Shown here: positions 16,200 to 23,023 of the stretch, in pieces
Numbering within the stretch: position 1 is the stretch's first letter
How the letters are laid out: each line of letters opens with the position of its first letter
Source: a virus
Lineage: Duplodnaviria > Caudoviricetes
Virus record (IMG/VR): IMGVR_UViG_3300027759_000044
Direction: 5' to 3' (one strand)
DNA length: 64,000 nt
Notes under the pieces: model-generated
Seen by the model: the letters and a program-made list of their open reading frames with translations, nothing else
Databases searched by the model: none
Told to the model about the DNA's origin: nothing
Program-made: the position numbers and the translations under genes

Positions 16200-16402
16200 T
16201 TAGTATAAGCTACTTGTTTCCACACAAGCCCTTAATTGAGCAGTTACTCTGTCCATCTCCATTTATTCAAAGTCTGTGTGCAGTTGAGATTCTGCCTATC
16301 AGAGCCTGCGAGGGTATTTTTAATCCTCACGCTAACGGTTTTCTGCCACCGGATCTCTATCGCTAATCAAACGCTATTTTAACGAAAATAGTAACGGGAT
16401 AC
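16200..16402 (-). ncRNA. Unidentified structured RNA (~200 nt)
   Basis: Hairpins CTATTTT/AAAATAG, GCGTGAGG/CCCTCGC, GAG-TAACTG-CTC, CTTGT/ACAAG; no ORF. Confidence 0.45.
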
Positions 16403-16478
16403 TGGAGCTCGGTACGGGATTCGAACCCGTGTGAATGCCGTGAAAGGGCACTATCCTAGGCCGCTAGATGAACCGAGC
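16403..16478 (-). tRNA. trnE: tRNA-Glu(TTC)
   Basis: Loop CTTTCAC, CCA end. Confidence 0.92.
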
Positions 16479-16480
16479 AA

Positions 16481-16694
16481 ACTATATGAAAAAACATTAA
16501 GGAACGTAAACTGTATCTACCAGTACCGTCTACTGGATCGTTGTTTCTGTCATTACTGCCTAACTTCCCGTCACGTTAAACAATATTGCTATTGTAGATA
16601 CGCTTCTTGCACCCTATGCGACCCAGTCCGTCAACTGGCTGACCCCATAGACCTACCTAACGGATTAGGTTACCTTAATGTATTTTCATATAGT
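16481..16694 (-). ncRNA. Multibranch RNA closed by a 22-bp stem (214 nt)
   Basis: ACTATATGAAAATACATTAAGG pairs with CCTTAATGTTTTTTCATATAGT (1 mismatch); interior GTATCTAC/GTAGATAC, two CCAGT/ACTGG hairpins, ACCTAA-TCCG-TTAGGT; 2 nt before tRNA-Glu. Confidence 0.65.
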
Positions 16695-16731
16695 CCCTGT
16701 AACTTAAACAGGGCTATATGATAACTCAGAA

Positions 16732-16773
16732 TTTTAAAGAACTCGGTTGAGTAGTACGATGACTTTTCTCAAC
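16732..16773 (-). promoter_or_regulatory. rrn-like boxB hairpin + boxA antitermination signal
   Basis: GTTGAG/CTCAAC hairpin followed by AGTTCTTTAAAA just after promoter 16784-16812. Confidence 0.5.
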
Positions 16774-16783
16774 TCATGCTATG

Positions 16784-16812
16784 ATTGTAGCACAACTTCC
16801 ATTTATTGTCAA
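16784..16812 (-). promoter_or_regulatory. sigma70 promoter (tandem P2)
   Basis: TTGACA-17 nt-TACAAT. Confidence 0.8.
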
Positions 16813-16864
16813 ATTCTTTCGTTTCTCTGTTTCCCAAGAACTTGTTCAATCAATCTATGTCTAG

Positions 16865-16893
16865 AGTATAGCAGATTGAGGATTTATTGTCAA
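16865..16893 (-). promoter_or_regulatory. sigma70 promoter (tandem P1)
   Basis: TTGACA-17 nt-TATACT. Confidence 0.8.
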
Positions 16894-16947
16894 ATTTACT
16901 ATTTTAGTACTTAATACTACATAAAATATGTGATGATAAATATTCTT

Positions 16948-17544
16948 ATGACAACCTCCCTATATGATGATTTAGAATTACCAAAAACTTGCACCTCTGA
17001 AGAAATCAAACAAAAATACAGAATCTTAGCACAATTACATCATCCCGATAAGGGAGGGGATGTGGAAAAGTTCAAACGAATGAAATTGGCATATGAAGTA
17101 TTAAGTGACCCAATTAAACGTGAACACTATGATTCTACCGGTGATCATTATAATGATATTAATCTTGACAGTGAAGTTATGGGCAGGCTAGCTGTTATGC
17201 TTTCACAATTTGTTCAACATATCAATCCAGAGATTGATGATTTAATATTAAAAATGCGAATTGAAATCCGTGCATTACAACAACTGACAACAAATGCTAT
17301 TGTAGAATGTAACAATCTAATAGACAAGATGAATATTATTTCTAAGAAGATTAAATTAAAAAAAGAGGGTGAGAACTTATTAAAGTCTGTAGTTGATAAA
17401 AAAATCTTAGGACTGCATACTGAAATAATTAACCACAAAAGAGGATTAATAGTTTTTGCTAGAATGCTAGAAGTATTAGAGGATTATCATTTTAGTAGTG
17501 ACGAATGGAAACTACTACTAGAAAATTTTGATGGTCCAGCGTAG
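16948..17544 (+). CDS. J-domain (DnaJ-like) protein
   Basis: LYDDLEL...EEIKQKYRILAQLHHPDKGGDVEKFKRMKLAYEVLSDP; HPD motif; start reassigned from TAAATA+5 nt. Confidence 0.9.
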   Translation: MTTSLYDDLELPKTCTSEEIKQKYRILAQLHHPDKGGDVEKFKRMKLAYEVLSDPIKREHYDSTGDHYNDINLDSEVMGRLAVMLSQFVQHINPEIDDLILKMRIEIRALQQLTTNAIVECNNLIDKMNIISKKIKLKKEGENLLKSVVDKKILGLHTEIINHKRGLIVFARMLEVLEDYHFSSDEWKLLLENFDGPA

Positions 17545-17606
17545 AGGAATCGAACCTCTATTGATAGCTTAGAAGGCTACTGTATTATCCATTATACTAA
17601 CGCCAG
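17532..17606 (-). tRNA. trnR: tRNA-Arg(TCT)
   Basis: Loop CTTCTAA, CCA end; overlaps 3' end of J-domain CDS in antisense. Confidence 0.92.
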
Positions 17607-17621
17607 AGGTTTTAATTTATT

Positions 17622-17697
17622 TGGCTCCCCTACGTGGGCTCGAACCACGGACATTTTGATTAACAGTCAAACGCTCTACCGACTGAGCTATAGGAGA
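17622..17697 (-). tRNA. trnN: tRNA-Asn(GTT)
   Basis: Loop CTGTTAA, CCA end. Confidence 0.93.
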
Positions 17698-17704
17698 ATA
17701 TGTT

Positions 17705-17780
<76 letters not shown>

Positions 17781-17806
17781 GACTTTTTATTTAATAGTAT
17801 TATACA

Positions 17807-18367
17807 CTAACTTAATAAAATTCTACTATGTTTTGGAACACCTGCTAACAAATATTCCATTTGGTCAGCAAGTATTGTTCTATGTTGTAATATCATATTT
17901 TCATAGTGATTAGGGACATAAGGTGTGTATAGTAATTCCATACGTACTTCTTTCAAACTCTTATGACCTTTTTTACTGTTACAATCTTTACAAGCTGTAA
18001 CAACATTCATCCAAGTGTTTTCACCACCTTTGCTCCGAGGAACAATGTGGTCACGACTTAGTAGATGATAGTTTGGAAACTGTTCCCCGCAATAAGCACA
18101 TACATGTCTATCACGACCAAACAATGTTTTATTGGTTAGTGCCACACATGAATGTTTGTATGGATTGAATCCATGACCTTTTATGGCAATAATGCTACTA
18201 GCTTCTAAGTAACTTAATGTGCCGTCATTTTGTATGCCACCACGATATTTAGCCACAATATTACCCATTGACCATGCTATGGCATCTTTTGCTTTATAGG
18301 TAATTGCGTCATCATTTGATATCCATTGCCGGGGAACTCCCGAGATATCTAGTGCTAGAACAGCCAT
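17807..18367 (-). CDS. HNH endonuclease (McrA/HNH_5-like)
   Basis: RDRHVCAYCG...DHIVPRSKGG...NVVTACKDCNSKKG; SD GGAG before MAVLALD. Confidence 0.9.
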   Translation of the reverse strand: MAVLALDISGVPRQWISNDDAITYKAKDAIAWSMGNIVAKYRGGIQNDGTLSYLEASSIIAIKGHGFNPYKHSCVALTNKTLFGRDRHVCAYCGEQFPNYHLLSRDHIVPRSKGGENTWMNVVTACKDCNSKKGHKSLKEVRMELLYTPYVPNHYENMILQHRTILADQMEYLLAGVPKHSRILLS

Positions 18368-18414
18368 GTAGTACTCCTTTTCTGTTATTATCACTATATG
18401 TATTTAATGCCGAG

Positions 18415-18489
18415 TGGCGGGTCCTGCAGGAATTGAACCCACATCCCGAAGTTCGAAGCATCGTATTCTATCCATTGAACTAAGGACCC
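18415..18489 (-). tRNA. trnR: tRNA-Arg(TCG)
   Basis: Loop CTTCGAA, CCA end. Confidence 0.88.
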
Positions 18490-18649
18490 GATTAAAGAGG
18501 GAGCCTAGCTATCTTATTGTTAGTAAGCCTCGCTAGATTGTCTCGTATAGGCAAGTTTATACACCTATCAATCATACTATAGTGTCATCACAGTTAACCC
18601 CACTGTGACTAGATTGACAGGGACTCAAACCTATCGTCTATCCCATAAC
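18490..18649 (-). ncRNA. Possible structured RNA between tRNA-Gln and tRNA-Arg(TCG)
   Basis: TCACAGT/ACTGTGA and TAGG/CCTA hairpins, duplicated CAATCTAG; no ORF. Confidence 0.35.
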
Positions 18650-18727
18650 TGGCACCCCCTCAAGGATTCGAACCTCAGAATGTCGGAATCAAAATCCGAT
18701 GCCTTAGACCAACTTGGCGAAGGGGGT
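18650..18727 (-). tRNA. trnQ: tRNA-Gln(TTG)
   Basis: Arm TCGGA-TTTTGAT-TCCGA, CCA end. Confidence 0.9.
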
Positions 18728-18732
18728 AAATT

Positions 18733-18806
18733 TGGTACCCAGTAGAGGTAACGCTCCTCTGATTCACCCTTATCAGGGGTGTGTTATACTTTTTAACTAA
18801 CCGGGC
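18733..18806 (-). tRNA. trnI: tRNA-Ile(GAT), atypical D and T loops
   Basis: Arm CACCC-CTGATAA-GGGTG; D-loop lacks GG; T-loop AGCGTTA. Confidence 0.82.
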
Positions 18807-18811
18807 ATGTT

Positions 18812-18886
18812 TGGTGGATGTAAGTAGATTTGAACTACTGACCTATTCCGTATGAAGGAATTGCACTACCGCTGTGCTATACATCC
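18812..18886 (-). tRNA. tRNA-Met(CAT), elongator type
   Basis: Arm ATTCC-TTCATAC-GGAAT, paired 1:72. Confidence 0.85.
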
Positions 18887-18965
18887 TGGTACCCCTGATC
18901 GGGTTTGAACCGACAACTGACGCTCTCTCTTGAAGAACCGACTTTTCCTATTTGTCTACAGGGGC
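18887..18965 (-). tRNA. Atypical tRNA-Leu-like gene (anticodon AAG or CAA depending on register)
   Basis: Normal acceptor/D/T arms and CCA; arm GTTCT-TCAAGAG-AGAGC puts C at 33; short variable region. Confidence 0.55.
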
Positions 18966-18971
18966 ATTGAT

Positions 18972-19048
18972 TGGGGTGCTTGATGGGATTCGAACCCACG
19001 TATATCGGAATCACAATCCGAGGTCTTAACCGCTTGACGACAAGCACC
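18972..19048 (-). tRNA. trnH: tRNA-His(GTG)
   Basis: Loop TTGTGAT, G-1:C73, CCA end. Confidence 0.93.
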
Positions 19049-19054
19049 GTGTAT

Positions 19055-19144
19055 TGGTAGAAACGGTGAGATTCGAACTCACGGACCCTTTCGGATCGAC
19101 AGTTTTCAAGACTGTTGCCATAAACCTGACTCGACCACGTTTCC
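19055..19144 (-). tRNA. trnS: tRNA-Ser(TGA)
   Basis: Loop CTTGAAA, long variable arm. Confidence 0.92.
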
Positions 19145-19150
19145 ATATTA

Positions 19151-19226
19151 TGGTGGGACCAGGGCGGTTCGAACGCCCGACCAACGGATTAAAAGTCCGC
19201 TGCTCTACCGACTGAGCTATGGTCCC
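19151..19226 (-). tRNA. trnK: tRNA-Lys(TTT)
   Basis: Loop CTTTTAA, CCA end. Confidence 0.93.
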
Positions 19227-19232
19227 GTATAT

Positions 19233-19309
19233 TGGTGCGACCGGAAGGACTTGAACCTCCGACTCCCTATTTCGTAGACAGGTACTCTAATCCACTGAGT
19301 TACGGCCGC
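19233..19309 (-). tRNA. trnR: tRNA-Arg(ACG)
   Basis: Loop CTACGAA, CCA end. Confidence 0.92.
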
Positions 19310-19390
19310 ATTCTAAAACACACATAGTACACCCTAGTCAACAGGGTTGCCCTCTTGGCCTTATTTTCCACGATGTATGTTTTAGAATGC
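19308..19390 (-). ncRNA. Hairpin RNA, 18-bp stem + 47-nt loop (element D)
   Basis: GCATTCTAAAACATACAT / ATGTGTGTTTTAGAATGC (one G-U on minus); overlaps first 2 nt of tRNA-Arg(ACG). Confidence 0.65.
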
Positions 19391-19536
19391 CGTGTATCTC
19401 TACACGACATGATAGGGTCAATACCCTACCCAGTAGTCTTACTAACATGTTGTCTCCATGCTTTCATGTATACTGTCCGCCCATTCTATACATTTAACGT
19501 TGTATTACGGCTCTCGTTGCCTATTCACGTTATCTA
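19391..19536 (-). ncRNA. Possible structured RNA (~145 nt)
   Basis: Hairpins CGTGTA-GAGA-TACACG, GGTAGGGT-ATTG-ACCCTATC, TACA/TGTA, GGC/GCC; no ORF. Confidence 0.45.
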
Positions 19537-19704
19537 TCAAGCAATACCAGCTAGCTTGTTAGCTTTCTTGGTAGCCTCTTGAAAGACTTTAGCACGTTGA
19601 AGTTTATTTTCTATCAACTGTGCTACTTGTTCCTTAGTCAAAACATGATTGCTAAACCAATCTTGTTTGTTTTCAGAAGTTTTGTATTCTATCTGTTCAT
19701 CCAT
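19537..19704 (-). CDS. Small hypothetical protein (55 aa, MDEQIEYKTS...)
   Basis: Hand-translated; first ORF after the attenuator; SD GAGG about 12 nt upstream. Confidence 0.45.
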   Translation of the reverse strand: MDEQIEYKTSENKQDWFSNHVLTKEQVAQLIENKLQRAKVFQEATKKANKLAGIA

Positions 19705-19726
19705 TTCTTGTCAAATCCTCTCTGTA

Positions 19727-19764
19727 AAAGCAAAAACCCCTGAGACTGTTAGTTCCCAGGGGTT
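19727..19764 (-). terminator. Attenuator terminator
   Basis: AACCCCTGGGA(AC)-TAACA-GTCTCAGGGGTT followed by TTTGCTTTT. Confidence 0.85.
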
Positions 19765-19810
19765 AGATAAAGTTGTTATGATGTTAACTTGTTACCTAGT
19801 CCCCGGGGTT
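19755..19810 (-). promoter_or_regulatory. Antiterminator helix overlapping leader stop codon and terminator 5' arm
   Basis: CCCCGGGG-AC-TAGGTA-AC-AAGTT...AACTT-TATCTA-A-CCCCTGGG; three stacked helices. Confidence 0.75.
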
Positions 19811-19929
19811 CTCTCTTGGTTATCATTTGAACCGCGAATACTTGTTGGATATGCTGGTACAAAGGATACACTGGCTAATGACAGCCACTGTCCGGTGTGT
19901 TTCAACATGTTACAAGTTTTATTCATCAT
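19792..19929 (-). CDS. 45-aa leader peptide containing all 20 amino acids
   Basis: MMNKTCNMLKHTGQWLSLASVSFVPAYPTSIRGSNDNQERTPGTR*; below ORF-track cutoff; TAAATA 7 nt upstream of ATG and sigma70 promoter at 19985-20013. Confidence 0.75.
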   Translation of the reverse strand: MMNKTCNMLKHTGQWLSLASVSFVPAYPTSIRGSNDNQERTPGTR

Positions 19930-19984
19930 AGTCTTTTATTTAGTCCTGGGTGCAAAATTTACACCTTTTCTCAATTCATGCTGA

Positions 19985-20013
19985 AGTATAGCATAGGTCG
20001 GAATTAATGTCAA
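19985..20013 (-). promoter_or_regulatory. sigma70 promoter heading the tRNA cluster
   Basis: TTGACA-17 nt-TATACT. Confidence 0.85.
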
Positions 20014-20023
20014 CATCTTAGGG

Positions 20024-20914
20024 TTATTTCACATTTTTGATAGCAGAATCTACATGAGCCTTAAGAGTAGCTGGCCCAAATTTTGATGGTTCAATGTGTT
20101 CCGTTGTAAAATATTCAACTGTTGAAGTATCTGTTAAATATTTTTGTATTAAATTACCCCAAAAGATATGTACTTCTGTATTAGTATTATTTGGCAGCAC
20201 TATAGCAAAACCATCGTTAGATTCCCAATTTGGATATCTTTTGTATAAATCTGTGGTTTCATTAATTTTTACAGTAGTAGCTATCAATACTATTTTCTTA
20301 GAATCAATTTGAGATTTTACTATATTGAGTGGAACTACTGCAACATCAATATGCCCTCCTAATAAATCATTGAGTAGAGGATTTGCTCCCTTATAAGGAA
20401 TGAAGTCCGGCGGTGTTGTTTTATTATGTAAAAATAATTGGTTTAGTGCAATTTTTTGTGCTGGTGCACCAAATGCAAAACTTTTTGTTATCTTTTTAGC
20501 TTTGATTTCAACTTCTAAATCATTAATAGTTTTAATTCCACTATTTGTATGTGTGATTACAGCCATTGTCGGCTTGCTAATCATAGAGATGTAATCAAAT
20601 TGGTAATCGGGATATTTGTTTTTGTACGTAGCAATACCTGCTATAGTAACAAATCCTATGGTTGATCCATTATTTTTTGCGGCCGCGATTTCAGACAAAC
20701 CAATTAAACTATCTGCACCGGGTTTGTATGTTGGAATAATTACCAATCCACTAGTTTCTTCTATATATTTTTGAAAATGTTTGAATGCAATATCTGTTCC
20801 GCCCCCCGGTGGAAATGGTATAATCATTTTTACAGAATTTTTATCTGAATTAAATAACTGGGCTGAACATAAAGATGATATTGTAAGTAAAAATATTGTT
20901 ATAAATTTTTTCAT
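20024..20914 (-). CDS. Bug/TctC-family tripartite tricarboxylate transporter substrate-binding protein
   Basis: Signal peptide; MIIPFPPGGGTD, YKPGADSLIG, IPYKGANPLLNDLLGGHID motifs. Confidence 0.88.
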   Translation of the reverse strand: MKKFITIFLLTISSLCSAQLFNSDKNSVKMIIPFPPGGGTDIAFKHFQKYIEETSGLVIIPTYKPGADSLIGLSEIAAAKNNGSTIGFVTIAGIATYKNKYPDYQFDYISMISKPTMAVITHTNSGIKTINDLEVEIKAKKITKSFAFGAPAQKIALNQLFLHNKTTPPDFIPYKGANPLLNDLLGGHIDVAVVPLNIVKSQIDSKKIVLIATTVKINETTDLYKRYPNWESNDGFAIVLPNNTNTEVHIFWGNLIQKYLTDTSTVEYFTTEHIEPSKFGPATLKAHVDSAIKNVK

Positions 20915-22041
20915 ATGTCGGTTACATAAAAGTATTTTGACGAGGTTACCTCATATACTTGAGGACCCGTGGAAGATTTTTTTGTTAGAAATCTATCGTC
21001 AATCATATTTACCCTAGTAACAACATTGTGAAAATATTTCTCTCTAATAGTAGACAATTCCGGATGTTCATAAAACCAAAAGAATTTATCTGTTCTACTA
21101 GCACTATTTGGTTTGTCCGCTTGAAATCGATTATCCCAATTACTATATAATAAACTCCTAGACAAATCATTTTGAAACTGGTTAACTATGACTTTTTCTT
21201 CAGGTGGCCTAGTTGTAATATTCCATAGAAATTTTTGCTTATCAGGATTTGCTTTATAATATAACGCTAATTGATATGCCTGTTCAAAAGGTAGTATAGG
21301 GAAATCAGGCGTCCAATAAAAACACTCAGTATTTTCTGAATCAATGTTTCCACGTCCAGCCTGATCCAAACATACATCAGTAAAAAACATATAAATCTTT
21401 TGTTTATGAGTAAACAATAATGGTTTATCTATGCCATATATATGCGATACTTTTTTACTGTTAAAATACAGATTACTATCAGACATTACACTGTTTAGTA
21501 AAATACCACCACCCCTTACAAAATTCAATTTTTCAAAAATTTCATCAACATTTAACGTATCAATTGATTCAGTGTAATCTTTAATTGTTATTTTAACGTT
21601 TGGTTTGTTTTTTGCCATCCATTCAAGTATCGGTTTAATAGCATAATTCCATTCACTCCAGTAGTTTCTTGCTGAGGTATCACTACTGTTCGGGGAATAG
21701 AACATACCATCCATTAATGTTTTGGGCCACTTTACACAAACCTCATCTAGTTTGATGTCATTATCAACAAAGGTGCGTAGTATGTTGTGGCTATCTGCGC
21801 CACCACTATAATACAATATCAAATAATCATATGTATCCCTGAGTTGTTGCGCTCTATCTCTATACAACTCATTAAGTGAACGTTTGCCTAACTGAGACCG
21901 ATCAAAGTTATTCCACACGTTATTGTGATAGTGAAAATTTATTGGAAAGGTAGTTGGGGATGCACTTACTAATGCATCATATTTGTTCAAATATTTTTGA
22001 TCATTAACTGTCCAATAGCCATATTTCTCTGTTTGAATCAT
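20911..22041 (-). CDS. AsnB-like PP-loop ATP-pyrophosphatase
   Basis: LYYSGGADSHN; no N-terminal Ntn glutaminase domain recognisable. Confidence 0.78.
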   Translation of the reverse strand: MIQTEKYGYWTVNDQKYLNKYDALVSASPTTFPINFHYHNNVWNNFDRSQLGKRSLNELYRDRAQQLRDTYDYLILYYSGGADSHNILRTFVDNDIKLDEVCVKWPKTLMDGMFYSPNSSDTSARNYWSEWNYAIKPILEWMAKNKPNVKITIKDYTESIDTLNVDEIFEKLNFVRGGGILLNSVMSDSNLYFNSKKVSHIYGIDKPLLFTHKQKIYMFFTDVCLDQAGRGNIDSENTECFYWTPDFPILPFEQAYQLALYYKANPDKQKFLWNITTRPPEEKVIVNQFQNDLSRSLLYSNWDNRFQADKPNSASRTDKFFWFYEHPELSTIREKYFHNVVTRVNMIDDRFLTKKSSTGPQVYEVTSSKYFYVTDI

Positions 22042-22055
22042 ACCTAATAGGAGGT

Positions 22056-22355
22056 CTATTCAAATATTTTAGGGCCGATGGTAATTCCAACTGCTTCGTT
22101 GTATGCATTTCTTATATCCCAGTATGGAGTAAGATCAGGATCTACGTCATATTCGTCAAAATCTTCACGACTGGCCCAAACTCCCTCATAAAACATTTGC
22201 AATCCATCTTCGCTAAATGAAACGTTATATGAAATATGCTTACCCGAATCTATATATGTTTGAAGTTTTAATTTAAATTCTGTAGATGATAGTATATTAC
22301 CATGCCATGGTATATCTACTGATGGTCTTGTATATTGTCTTTTAATTTTAATCAT
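22056..22355 (-). CDS. Hypothetical protein
   Basis: SD GGAGGT before MIKIKRQYTRPS. Confidence 0.7.
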   Translation of the reverse strand: MIKIKRQYTRPSVDIPWHGNILSSTEFKLKLQTYIDSGKHISYNVSFSEDGLQMFYEGVWASREDFDEYDVDPDLTPYWDIRNAYNEAVGITIGPKIFE

Positions 22356-22372
22356 TAACTTACCTCCTGTTA

Positions 22373-23023
22373 TCAATTATTTATCAAAGTTCTAGTTTTC
22401 ATGGGATTGGCTTCATCTTTGGGGCCTGAATCACTGTCTGGATGAAATACCATAACAGATAAAGAGTCATCGGTTGTCTTAAATCTATGTATGGTGTGTC
22501 TAGGTAAATTATATACCTGTCCGGGAATTAAAGGTATTTCTGAATCTTTTAAAGAACATACTCCTTGTCCACTTAATATAAGTATGATACGAACACTAGG
22601 GTGCGTATGAAAAGTTTGGTCTGTATTTTTTGGAATAAACAAATAGTTAACGCACGGATCACCGTTTCGTGGAGGATCAATTATATTACTATTACTACAA
22701 CCATCAATATAACTTAAATGTCCAGGAGTATTTACATTATTCAATATAGTAGCTTTGTCATCAAGACCATTAAATCCCGTGGCATGTATAATAACAATTT
22801 TTCCAGTATTATCCATTTTTGATAAGGTAATTTTTTTACGTGTAGTTACTGCAAAACACCCAGAGATCGAAAAGTCGTCAGTATTACATTTTGCATGTGT
22901 GGCCATAATAAATTTACAATGACTTGTTTCACTAATGGTATCAATGGCGTCTGATTGATTAGTTACCGATAATATAGTCCTATCAGATATATAAATTGTT
23001 TCATTGGTTTTAATTATATTCAT
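22373..23023 (-). CDS. Cupin-domain protein
   Basis: QTFHTHPSVR...GQG...LIPGQVYNLPRHTIHRF. Confidence 0.82.
   Translation of the reverse strand: MNIIKTNETIYISDRTILSVTNQSDAIDTISETSHCKFIMATHAKCNTDDFSISGCFAVTTRKKITLSKMDNTGKIVIIHATGFNGLDDKATILNNVNTPGHLSYIDGCSNSNIIDPPRNGDPCVNYLFIPKNTDQTFHTHPSVRIILILSGQGVCSLKDSEIPLIPGQVYNLPRHTIHRFKTTDDSLSVMVFHPDSDSGPKDEANPMKTRTLINN

Noticed and set aside
14640-16694. tmRNA, RNase P RNA, SRP RNA or cobalamin riboswitch
   Set aside because: No tRNA-like tmRNA ends, no GAGGAAAGUCC, no SRP loop; only a GGGAAG hexamer resembles the B12 box. Needs cmscan to exclude fully.
18887-18965. Opal suppressor (TCA) and stop-codon recoding
   Set aside because: The TCA register pairs only 2 bp; conserved genes read through intact in the standard code and use TAA, TGA and TAG as stops.
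22056-22355. Lasso-peptide precursor (YTRPSV resembles YxxPxL)
   Set aside because: Protein is about 100 aa, lacks a Thr(-2)/Gly1/Asp-Glu core, and no B1/B2 peptidase or RRE gene is recognisable.
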